NCBI GenBank assembly: GCA_024229395.1
Contig: JAAESM010000050.1
Coordinates: 250,758-314,757 of the forward strand
Length of the DNA stretch: 64,000 nucleotides
DNA from: Planctomycetota bacterium
GTDB lineage: Bacteria; Planctomycetota; UBA1135
Direction: 5' to 3'
Shown: piece by piece, positions 16,584 to 24,779 of the stretch
How positions within the stretch are numbered: the first letter of the stretch is position 1
Layout: each line of letters opens with the position of its first letter
Notes under the pieces: model-generated
What the model was told of the DNA's origin: nothing
The model's database searches: none
Seen by the model: only the letters and a program-made list of their open reading frames with translations
Made by a program: the position numbers and the translations under genes

Positions 16584-17933
16584 TTATAGTTGTTCGCGAA
16601 ACAACATATCGGCGGCGGCAAGGTCTACGCCGAAGGTCAACAGCCAAGCGTCTTGAAAGGAGCGCCCCTCCAAGTTGAGAAATAGATTCGCCATCACGGA
16701 TTCGCTGTACTCCTGGCGCAACCAGGTGCAGAAGGCCAAGGCATAGGCATAAGCCTCGGTGACTTGATCGCGGTCGGTCCAGGTAGTCCAGTTGCCATCC
16801 ATCTGCTCCAGGCTCAACTTCGGGGATCCGTCGGCGAAGTAAGAAGCGGCGGCGTGGCTATCACGCCCTTCTGCCGACTGCGCCATGCCTTCATGCAACC
16901 AAGTCGGCAATGGCGTGCCCATGGTGTGCAAGACCGCGTGGGTTAACTCATGGCGCAGCGTGCGGCGAATCGAAGCCTTCTGGCGTTCGTAGTCCTCGAT
17001 CACGATGCGCACGCGGCCATCAAAAAGGGCAGCAGACCACTCTGGCGCCTGCCAACGGTAACTTTCGGCATCCAACCAAATCACCAACAAGCGATCACGC
17101 GGCTGCACGCCCAAAACGTCGACCACATCCTGCCACGCATCTTCAAGGTCGCGGTTCAAGTCGGTCAAAGAATCGACAATGGCGCGGTCTTGGGGGTTGT
17201 AGCGACTATCGAAATGTGCGGTGGCATCGGTGAGATAATTCTGGAAGGCATCGCGCTCGGCATGCAGTTGATCGGCGCGATCCTGCAGATTTGCATTTTC
17301 GGGATCGAGTGCCAAGGCTTGATCAATCAAGCTGACCGATTGATCCAACTCCCCTTCGACGGCGGCCAAGTCGGCGCGTTTGCGCAACAGCAAGGCATGT
17401 TCGATTCCCAAGTCCAAGGCTTCATCGAGTACGGCCTTGGCGGCGTCGCGGTCACCTTGCCCCAGATAGAGGTGCGCCAACCAATATGGCCCGCTCGGGT
17501 CTTCGGTCTGCAGGGCAACGGCGCGTTTTAAGGTTTCGATCGCCGCACGATGGTCGCCTCCCTCTTGTTGTTGGAGCGCCAACGAGACTAAGGCAGTCGC
17601 CAAGTTCAGCTTCAAGGTGGCATGTTGCGGCGCAAGCGCAAGCGCGGCTTCAAAGGCTTCGATTGCGGCTAGCGACTCTTCCTTATCTAAGGCCGCCAAA
17701 CCCTTGCGGTTGAGTGCGAAGACTTCATCCGGCAAGGCATCCTGACTGTTGAACTCGGTAGCGACCGGCGCTTGTTCCTTGGGTTGCTTGGGGTGAACCT
17801 CGGTACGCTGCAGGCCGCCATTGCTGATCGGCGGCTCGACGGTCTCTTCGTTTGGTGCGGGCGATATCCACAACCAAACACCTCCACTACCGAGCAATAG
17901 CACGACGAACAGGAGGGTGAGGAGACGATTCAT
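16584..17933 (-). CDS. secreted/anchored TPR protein with a C-terminal peptidase-MA-like HExxH domain
   Basis: Signal/anchor MNRLLTLLFVVLLLGSGG. TPR-like repeats are present (AIEAFEAALALAPQHA..., AHLYLGQGDRDAAKAVLDEAL). LRHELTHAVLHTMGTPLPTWLHEGMAQSAEG matches the Peptidase_MA_2 pattern HExxH...W..EG.A. The start ATG at 17933 overlaps the upstream stop (ATGA). Confidence 0.6.
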   Translation of the reverse strand: MNRLLTLLFVVLLLGSGGVWLWISPAPNEETVEPPISNGGLQRTEVHPKQPKEQAPVATEFNSQDALPDEVFALNRKGLAALDKEESLAAIEAFEAALALAPQHATLKLNLATALVSLALQQQEGGDHRAAIETLKRAVALQTEDPSGPYWLAHLYLGQGDRDAAKAVLDEALDLGIEHALLLRKRADLAAVEGELDQSVSLIDQALALDPENANLQDRADQLHAERDAFQNYLTDATAHFDSRYNPQDRAIVDSLTDLNRDLEDAWQDVVDVLGVQPRDRLLVIWLDAESYRWQAPEWSAALFDGRVRIVIEDYERQKASIRRTLRHELTHAVLHTMGTPLPTWLHEGMAQSAEGRDSHAAASYFADGSPKLSLEQMDGNWTTWTDRDQVTEAYAYALAFCTWLRQEYSESVMANLFLNLEGRSFQDAWLLTFGVDLAAADMLFREQL

Positions 17934-18625
17934 GACAACGGAGGTAAGCCACCGCGCTCGGCCCACCCTTCCTTGCGGTCAGCGAGCAAACGTGGCCAAG
18001 CGGCGCTGGACCAAGGATAACCGCTGTCGCTGGCAAGGTTTTGAAGCTGCTGTCCAAGCTCCACCAGCAACTGCGGGTCGAAGATGTGACGCTCGACACC
18101 GCTGGCCAAGAACAAGTCGATCTCAAGACTGTTAGCCCAACGGACCGTCTCACCTGCTTCCGTCCGCTCCACCAGCTCATGCTCTTGTCGCTGCAACAAG
18201 GCATCCAAGACTTGCGCAACTTGCGGCAAGACCTGCAGGGCCATCTCAGGATCCGGGAAGCGTTGAATGCCTGGGCAATACTGCGCAGCGCGATGCAAGG
18301 CCTGTGGGTCATCCAACAGCTCCGGCCAATAAGGAAAGCTGCGGCATTGCTCAGGACGTTGCTGGTAAATCGAACAACGGTTTTGGCCATCCAGCAGGAT
18401 GCAGCGGCCGTCGGCACGTTCGCGCAAAGAAAGGCGCTCGCCGACTTGCTTCACGTTCAAATCCACAAAGGCTTGAGTGCTAGTGCCGGTCAACTGAGCG
18501 TATTCTGCAAGGTCACTTGCTTTGATCCAGACATGACCGGTGCCCACGCGGCAGCAATTGCCCGAACGCTGACAGGAAAAGTAAAACGGCGGCGTGGAAT
18601 TTGATTCCGAAGACGTGGCCATCAA
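17930..18625 (-). CDS. YkgJ-family cysteine-cluster (Zn/Fe-binding, UPF0153) protein
   Basis: CQRSGNCCRVGTGHVWI ... GRCILLDGQNRCSIYQQRPEQCRSFPYW is the CxxxxxCC ... C.(F/L)L....C.IY..RP..CR.(F/Y)P signature. Confidence 0.7.
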   Translation of the reverse strand: MMATSSESNSTPPFYFSCQRSGNCCRVGTGHVWIKASDLAEYAQLTGTSTQAFVDLNVKQVGERLSLRERADGRCILLDGQNRCSIYQQRPEQCRSFPYWPELLDDPQALHRAAQYCPGIQRFPDPEMALQVLPQVAQVLDALLQRQEHELVERTEAGETVRWANSLEIDLFLASGVERHIFDPQLLVELGQQLQNLASDSGYPWSSAAWPRLLADRKEGWAERGGLPPLS

Positions 18626-18657
18626 TCAGTGCGACTTGGGAACACGAATGCCACAGG

Positions 18658-19665
18658 TTATCGCGACAAGTGAGCGCGAATGTCTTCGATCAACTCGGTC
18701 GGCGTGGAGTAACGCACATCACGATCCTTGGCCATCATTTTCTCGATGAAGAAGTGCAGCATAGGCGAGATACCAAGCCCCTTCAAAGCCGATCCTTTCA
18801 GGCTTTCCAGCACTTGCGCGCGCACCATCTCTTGGTCGTCCTCGGCACTAAAAGGCAGTTCGCCGATCACCAAGTGATAAAGAGTGGCACCCAGCGAATA
18901 GATATCAGCGCGGCCATCCAAGGACTCTTCGCCGCGCGCTTGTTCAGGCGCGAGATAAGCCGCAGTACCCAAGGTAGTACCGGCACCATGGGTGCCCTCC
19001 ATGCCTTCGCCGGCGAATCCCAAATCGATCAACTTGACAACACCGTTCTTGTCGATCATCACATTGCCAGGTTTCAAGTCACGATGAACCACACCACTGG
19101 CACGCATGCCCTCTAAGGCTTCGGCCACTTGCACGACGACCCTCAAAGCATCGACTTCGGAGAAGCGCTGCCCTTCGGCGAGCATCTCTTCCAAGGTGCG
19201 ACCAGGTACACGTTCCATCTCAAGGACGATCGTGTCCATGAAACGGAAGGCGCGATAACCACGCACAACACCAGGAACATCGAGATCCTTCAGCAGTTTG
19301 GCCTCTTGGGCAAAACGCTTGGCCGCGACCGGATCCTTTGCAAGGTTCGGGCGCAGGATCTTCAAGGCCACGCGTTTGAAATCCTTCTGGCGTTGCGCAC
19401 TGAAGACTTCTGCAGTAGCACCGGTGCCAAGCATGGCCTCTACCTTGAAACCAGGAATCTCCGGCTGGGTCATGGCCTTGGTCCTACGCAAATAATCAAT
19501 GCGTTGATCATCCCAATCGGTTACCGCACCAAGGGCATCATCAAAGGGAACCTCCTTAGCGGCTTCCATGACCAGCTGCGCCTGCTCACGTGGCAAGAAG
19601 CCACGGTGTACGAGTTGAACCAAGAAATCCTGATCCTGGTTTTGGGCGGGGTCGACAGCCGACAT
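18658..19665 (-). CDS. cytoplasmic Ser/Thr protein kinase (Hanks type), with no sensor or TM domain
   Basis: Glycine loop GTGATAEVF, VALKIL (catalytic Lys), HRDLKPGNVMI, KLIDLGFA (DFG-like DLG), and TAAYLAPEQ (APE). Confidence 0.9.
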   Translation of the reverse strand: MSAVDPAQNQDQDFLVQLVHRGFLPREQAQLVMEAAKEVPFDDALGAVTDWDDQRIDYLRRTKAMTQPEIPGFKVEAMLGTGATAEVFSAQRQKDFKRVALKILRPNLAKDPVAAKRFAQEAKLLKDLDVPGVVRGYRAFRFMDTIVLEMERVPGRTLEEMLAEGQRFSEVDALRVVVQVAEALEGMRASGVVHRDLKPGNVMIDKNGVVKLIDLGFAGEGMEGTHGAGTTLGTAAYLAPEQARGEESLDGRADIYSLGATLYHLVIGELPFSAEDDQEMVRAQVLESLKGSALKGLGISPMLHFFIEKMMAKDRDVRYSTPTELIEDIRAHLSR

Positions 19666-19806
19666 GAAGCTGACATCCTATATCGGCGCTTCCAATGTGC
19701 GAACTTAAGCCGCTCGGCTGAGATTTCTGCGACTCAAGAAACAGTTACGACTTTCCCGAAAAGACCATGACGGCGGGCAACAACCCAAACCGCGGTCCAT
19801 CTTCAA

Positions 19807-21087
19807 ATGTCTAACAGCGCAGGAATCGTCTACAAATACTTCGACCTGATTGATGGCTTCATCAGGGTTCGGATACTCTCCCAGGAGGAATCACTACCCG
19901 CCTTGCAGAAAGGCGTCGGTGAGCCCCCTAGTCGCCGCGAATACCGTCGCATGGTGGTGGAAAGCTGTGTGGTAGGCGTCGCCGACGACGTCTTCCCGAA
20001 GGTGCATGCCATCTATCCTGAAGACACCGTCGCCGCCGAGGATCTGCTCTACCAGATCGTCATCGATGTGAACCCCAACCTTGAGATCCATTCTGTGGCG
20101 CTGCCTGCCGAATCTGAAGAAGGCGTTCAGGCCGAGGACAATGAAGAGTTCTTCCAGCGCGCTGCATCGTTGGAGAAGAATGTGTTGCAGGAATTGGTTG
20201 GCCAAGACGAGGCTGTGGCAAAGATCTGCCGCGCTGTGCGCAAATCGGCATCGGGGATTGCCGATCCATTGCGCCCCATCGGTTCTTTCATGCTGGTCGG
20301 GCGTACCGGTACCGGCAAGACCGAGTTAGCCAAATCGCTGGCACGCCATCTCTTCGCCAGCAACAACTTGATCCGTATTGACTGCTCCGAATTTGCGCTC
20401 CCACACGAGACCGCCAAACTGATCGGAGCCCCCCCTGGATATGTTGGGCATAACGACGGCGGCACCTTGACCGAGGCACTGATGCGTGATCCGAAAGCTG
20501 TGATCCTGTTCGATGAGATCGAAAAGGGGCACGAGAAGCTGCACAACATGTTGCTGCAGATCCTCGATGAAGGTCGTTTGACCGACAGCAAAGGTAAGAC
20601 CGTGGTCTTCAACCAGGCTTTGGTATTGATGACGTCGAACGTAGGTACTGCGGATTACCGCACTGCTTCGAATCGCGTCGGCTTTGGTCGCGATGCTGGT
20701 CTCGATCAGCATGACTTCCATGCCATCACCGACGCTGCCCTGCGCGCCAACTTCAAGCCTGAGATGCTCAACCGCTTGGATGGCACGCTGACTTTTCGCG
20801 CCTTGGATAATGACGATTGCACGCGCATCGCGCAGATGCAGTTGCAGAAACTGAACGCGCGTATGCATAACGCCGGCATTGACCTGCGCTGGTCTAAGAG
20901 TTTGGCTGCTGCTGTGGCTGAAGCCGGTTATTGCGAGGAATATGGTGCACGTGAAGTGCGTCGAGCGTTGGCAAGGATGGTCGAAGAACCGTTATCCAGC
21001 GCGATTCTCGATGGCGAGTTCTCTCCGGGAACGACGGTCTACGCCGGCTGGCGTGGTGGCAAGTTGTCGCTGCGTGCTGCCGCCTGA
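19807..21087 (+). CDS. stand-alone ClpA/ClpB D2-type AAA+ ATPase with an unrecognised ~130-aa N-terminal domain
   Basis: LVGQDEAVAKICRAVRKSASGIADPLRPIGSFMLVGRTGTGKTELAKSLA...IRIDCSEF...LIGAPPGYVGH...VILFDEIEKGH...ILDEGRLTDSKGKTVVFNQALVLMTSNVG is the Clp D2 module (Walker A/B, sensor). A ClpB_D2-small-like C-terminus follows. There is no D1 domain and no Clp N domain. Confidence 0.8.
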   Translation: MSNSAGIVYKYFDLIDGFIRVRILSQEESLPALQKGVGEPPSRREYRRMVVESCVVGVADDVFPKVHAIYPEDTVAAEDLLYQIVIDVNPNLEIHSVALPAESEEGVQAEDNEEFFQRAASLEKNVLQELVGQDEAVAKICRAVRKSASGIADPLRPIGSFMLVGRTGTGKTELAKSLARHLFASNNLIRIDCSEFALPHETAKLIGAPPGYVGHNDGGTLTEALMRDPKAVILFDEIEKGHEKLHNMLLQILDEGRLTDSKGKTVVFNQALVLMTSNVGTADYRTASNRVGFGRDAGLDQHDFHAITDAALRANFKPEMLNRLDGTLTFRALDNDDCTRIAQMQLQKLNARMHNAGIDLRWSKSLAAAVAEAGYCEEYGAREVRRALARMVEEPLSSAILDGEFSPGTTVYAGWRGGKLSLRAAA

Positions 21088-21178
21088 TCCACCGTCAGGA
21101 AGCGTCCCAACCTCCAGATTCGGCCCCACACGAATCGGGGCGTAACCCAAATCCGCAGACGGGCTATCCTGTGGCCAA

Positions 21179-22549
21179 ATGTTGGCTGCCCTCCTCCTTT
21201 GTCTGCCAGTGGCGCTTGCTGCGTCGCCCTCTCAAACGCCCGAATTGGGTGAAGACGTGGTTGCCGTATGGAACGGCGGTTCCGTCAGCACCAAGCAGTT
21301 CGACCGTTTCCTGGGCCAGCATGCCCACCGCCAGCAGCAGGGTAATGATGCGCTGACCCACATGTTGCAACTGCAGCTTGTCGAGTTCGAAGCCGCCGAG
21401 GCCGGAATGACCGTCAGCCCGGTTGCCGTGGATGCCCGCATCGAAGACGCCCGCAGTCAGATCGAGGCCGCCGGCCAGGACCTCGATGCCATTCTCGCCG
21501 CTCGCCAACTGAGCCAGAAGGAGTTTCGCAAGCTAATCGCCGACTCACTGCTGCACGAGAAGCTGGTGCGTAAGACCAATAACCTGGCCGACAACGCCGA
21601 AGTCACGCCCGACATGCTCAATGCTTGGAGCCAAGAGCGTATCGCCTCGCTGATTGAAGCCTCGGCCGTCGCCCCCGCCGGCATGGCCCTCGATGTTGCC
21701 CCCTACCACATCACCTTGGAGAAACTCGGCACCACCGTACGCCGCACCATGGGCGATCGTGATCTGCAGGATCGCGTCGATCAGTTGGTGCTTGGCTTGA
21801 CCTTGCCGCAGTGGGCCCAGCAGCAGAAGTTGGTCTTGACCGACGTCACCCTGCACGAGGAAATCGAATGGCGTCGCAAGCGGGTCGAAGAGAACCCGGC
21901 CTACGGCGGAGTCAGCTATGAAGACTTGCTAAAGTCGCGCGGTGCCACCATTGAAACCGTGTTGAAGTCTGAGGAGTTGCGCGTTGCGGGTTATATGCGT
22001 TTGTTGGCCGAGCAGCGTTTCCCCGATCTGTGGTTCGCCGAGCTCAGTGAAGAGCAGCAGTTGGAGCTCGATACCATGTTCGGCCCAAGCCGCATGGTTG
22101 GCTGGATCCTGTTGCACGCTCTCGAAGAGAAGGCCGATGAACTGGACCTCGATTTCGATGAGGCCGCCGCCGAGCTGAAGCTACTCAGTGAGCGCATCCG
22201 CTCGACCAAGGATTTCCACCAGATCGCGTCGGACTACTCCGAGCATGAAGTCACGCGGCGCCGAGATGGCATGCTTGGGCGCATCCACCGCAGTGAGGAA
22301 GGGGTTCCACAAGCCTTGTGCGACGCCGCCTTCGCAGTCGAGAAGCCTGGCATCTATGGGCCGGTCAAGATCGTCGATTCGAACCCATTCGCCCCGACCA
22401 GCGGCATGGCCTTGATTTTGGTACAGGACTTCGATCCAGGCCCAACGTCAGAACAGTTCCGCGCCCTGGTGCGACGCGGACAGCATCGCGACCTACGTAA
22501 GCAGTTCCTTGCTGAGATCGGTCTGCGTTCGCTTTGGTCGAAGAAGTAA
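21179..22549 (+). CDS. periplasmic SurA-like chaperone / PpiC-type peptidyl-prolyl isomerase
   Basis: Signal peptide MLAALLLCLPVALAASP, then a long helical SurA_N-like region. A parvulin-like C-terminal domain follows (FHQIASDYSEHEVTRRRDGMLGRIHRSE...AFAVEKPGIYGPVK). Confidence 0.65.
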   Translation: MLAALLLCLPVALAASPSQTPELGEDVVAVWNGGSVSTKQFDRFLGQHAHRQQQGNDALTHMLQLQLVEFEAAEAGMTVSPVAVDARIEDARSQIEAAGQDLDAILAARQLSQKEFRKLIADSLLHEKLVRKTNNLADNAEVTPDMLNAWSQERIASLIEASAVAPAGMALDVAPYHITLEKLGTTVRRTMGDRDLQDRVDQLVLGLTLPQWAQQQKLVLTDVTLHEEIEWRRKRVEENPAYGGVSYEDLLKSRGATIETVLKSEELRVAGYMRLLAEQRFPDLWFAELSEEQQLELDTMFGPSRMVGWILLHALEEKADELDLDFDEAAAELKLLSERIRSTKDFHQIASDYSEHEVTRRRDGMLGRIHRSEEGVPQALCDAAFAVEKPGIYGPVKIVDSNPFAPTSGMALILVQDFDPGPTSEQFRALVRRGQHRDLRKQFLAEIGLRSLWSKK

Positions 22550-22565
22550 GCCCTAAAGCGGGCGC

Positions 22566-23963
22566 TTAGCAACTCAACTGGAAGCTTTCGCGCGCGGCGA
22601 AGGTGGCTTGGATTTCGGCAGCACGCTGCTCGAATCCTTCGCAACCCATCAGCGCCAAGGCGGCGATCTTGCCAGCTTCTACACCGGGTTGATCGAAAGG
22701 ATCAATACCCATGATGCCACCGGCATAAGCGGTCGCGATCTGTAGGAACTGGAAGTACTGACCAAGGTGGAAGGCGTCCATGCCACACATCTCAATCAAG
22801 CACACCGGCCGATTGGCGTCCAACAACGCCACTTCCGTGCCACAACGCTCCTGCTCCATCAGCTCGCTGAGCTTGCGCCCGCGTAAGTGCTCGAAGGCCT
22901 GCGACTTGACGAAGGGCTCGGGGATTTCGACCTCGCGACCGAACTTGCGCAACTTCAGCATGGTGTAGACCTTGTCGTTAGGACCTTCCACGTAAAGTTG
23001 AGCCTGACTGTGCTGATCGGTTGGCCCTACGGCCTTGACCGGCGTTGGCCCCACATGCACCACTTCGCCGGCGGCATTCAAGCGTTTGCCCAGCGATTCT
23101 GCCCACAGTTGCTTGTACCAATCGGCCAAGAAACGCAAGCGATGCGCATAAGCGAAGTGCACATGAACCGGCTTTCCGCCTTCCATGTACAACACATGCG
23201 CCAGCGCGTAGAGCAAGGCTGGATCGTCTTCCGGCGCACATTCCGCCAAGTTCTTATCCACGCGCGCTGCACCAGCATGAATCGATGCGCAATCGAAACC
23301 AGCCATGGCAGCGGTGAACATGCCCACTGGCGACATCACCGAGAAGCGTCCGCCGACGCCATCGGGTACTGGCAAGGTGAAGAAGCCAAGTTCATCACAG
23401 AAGCCACGGAAGTGTCCCGTCTTGGGATCGGTGGTGATGGTGAAACGAGCACGCGCTGCATTTTCATCGCCACAGCAAGCTTGCTTCATGGCGTCGAAAG
23501 CAATCAGGAACTGCGAACTGGTCTCGATGGTGCCACCGGACTTGGAGATTACATTGATGTGCGTGCGCTCCAGTGGCACGCTGGCGAAGAACTCGCCCAA
23601 CCAATCCGGATCGACATTGTCCAACACGAAGACGCGCGGTTGGCCAGGTTCAGGATTCCATTCTTGGAACACTGGTGCCAAGGCAGAGACCATGGCGGTG
23701 TTGCCTAGGGCCGAACCACCAATGCCAAGGACCACGAAATAATCGACGTCGCCGGCTGCTTTGACTTGTTTGGCACGCGCATCACAGGCGGCTTGTAGAT
23801 CACCTTGTGCATGCAAGCTGCGCCACTTGGGAAGGTTGGCCAAATGGGCTTCACGGGCAGCGATCGCGCGCGGCATGGCGCTAGCAAGTTGCTCACGAGT
23901 GAGGCGCCCAGCGCTCTCGGAAGTTGGGTCAAAGAGACCACTAAGGTCGAGGTGCAGAGCCAT
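22566..23963 (-). CDS. pgi: glucose-6-phosphate isomerase
   Basis: FVVLGIGGSALG, GGRFSV, GPTDQHSQ.QL and the overall length (465 aa, short bacterial/archaeal-type PGI). The start overlaps the upstream stop (TGATG). Confidence 0.9.
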   Translation of the reverse strand: MALHLDLSGLFDPTSESAGRLTREQLASAMPRAIAAREAHLANLPKWRSLHAQGDLQAACDARAKQVKAAGDVDYFVVLGIGGSALGNTAMVSALAPVFQEWNPEPGQPRVFVLDNVDPDWLGEFFASVPLERTHINVISKSGGTIETSSQFLIAFDAMKQACCGDENAARARFTITTDPKTGHFRGFCDELGFFTLPVPDGVGGRFSVMSPVGMFTAAMAGFDCASIHAGAARVDKNLAECAPEDDPALLYALAHVLYMEGGKPVHVHFAYAHRLRFLADWYKQLWAESLGKRLNAAGEVVHVGPTPVKAVGPTDQHSQAQLYVEGPNDKVYTMLKLRKFGREVEIPEPFVKSQAFEHLRGRKLSELMEQERCGTEVALLDANRPVCLIEMCGMDAFHLGQYFQFLQIATAYAGGIMGIDPFDQPGVEAGKIAALALMGCEGFEQRAAEIQATFAARESFQLSC

Positions 23964-24649
23964 CAGTTTCGTCTTCCTCCGAAGATCATGAACAGGTAGT
24001 AAAGCAGCATGGCGATTCCAGCCAAGGCCGCGGCCACATAGGTTAGGGCGGCGGCGTTCAAGACGGCAGCCGCGCCATGAGCCTCTTCTTCGGTCTGAAG
24101 CAGGCGCAGCTCATCGAGGTTTTCCAGCGCGCGTTTGGAGGCGTCGAGTTCGACCGGCAAAGTGATGAGCTGGAGGAGGATGACGCCGAGGTAGAAGAGC
24201 GCTCCGAGGATGGCCAGCAGCGGAATGTGCAGGATTGCGCCGAACAGCAGCAAAGGCAGGCCGATGGCGTTGCCCAGTTGGGCGCTCGGGATGGCCAAGC
24301 TGCGCACCGTCAGCGGCGCGTAGGCCATGGCATCTTGTAGGGCGTGGCCGGCTTCGTGAGCAGCGACCCCCATCGCGGCGACGGAACGGCCATCGTGGAC
24401 TTCTTCGGTCAGCCGCAGCACGCGCTTTTTCGGGTCGTAATGGTCTCGCAAAGGACCACCCGGCAACTTTTCGATGGTCACATCATCAATTCTGGCACGG
24501 CGCAGGATGGCTGCTGCCACCTCAGCCCCGGTCATCGCGGCGCGGTTGGGAATCTGGAGGTAGCGCTTGTAGTTGCGCACCACCTGGTTTTGGGCCCAAA
24601 AGCCCAGCAGGGCGGCCCCAATGACCAGTAAAAAAGGGAGTACCAGCAT
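23963..24649 (-). CDS. membrane zinc metallopeptidase, YugP-like (Zn_peptidase_2)
   Basis: The N-terminal TM (MLVLPFLLVIGAALLGFWAQNQVVRNYKRY), the motif RVLRLTEEVHDGRSVAAMGVAAHEAGHALQD (HExxH) and the C-terminal TM helices fit this family. ATG verified at 24649. Confidence 0.8.
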   Translation of the reverse strand: MLVLPFLLVIGAALLGFWAQNQVVRNYKRYLQIPNRAAMTGAEVAAAILRRARIDDVTIEKLPGGPLRDHYDPKKRVLRLTEEVHDGRSVAAMGVAAHEAGHALQDAMAYAPLTVRSLAIPSAQLGNAIGLPLLLFGAILHIPLLAILGALFYLGVILLQLITLPVELDASKRALENLDELRLLQTEEEAHGAAAVLNAAALTYVAAALAGIAMLLYYLFMIFGGRRN

Positions 24650-24779
24650 GGCAGACGGTGATTTTAGCGGAACCTCTGAGAAATCCAGCACTTGGAAGTC
24701 CAGGATTGCCGATAAAGAAGGCAAGATTCCCGGCTCCCGGTGCGTCACAACGACGGCACCCTACGCCCCGACAACCACC

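Noticed and set aside
15940-16647. RadC as a marker of a mobile or defence island, and the long 235-aa version of the ORF
   Set aside because: There is no integrase, transposase, repeats or compositional break nearby. The long start overlaps the upstream gene by 64 nt, whereas the internal ATG at 16542 gives a normal-length RadC.
21088-21178. Hairpin GCCCC-acacgaatc-GGGGC after the AAA+ gene as a terminator
   Set aside because: The stem is short (5 bp), there are competing alternative pairings, and no U-tract follows.
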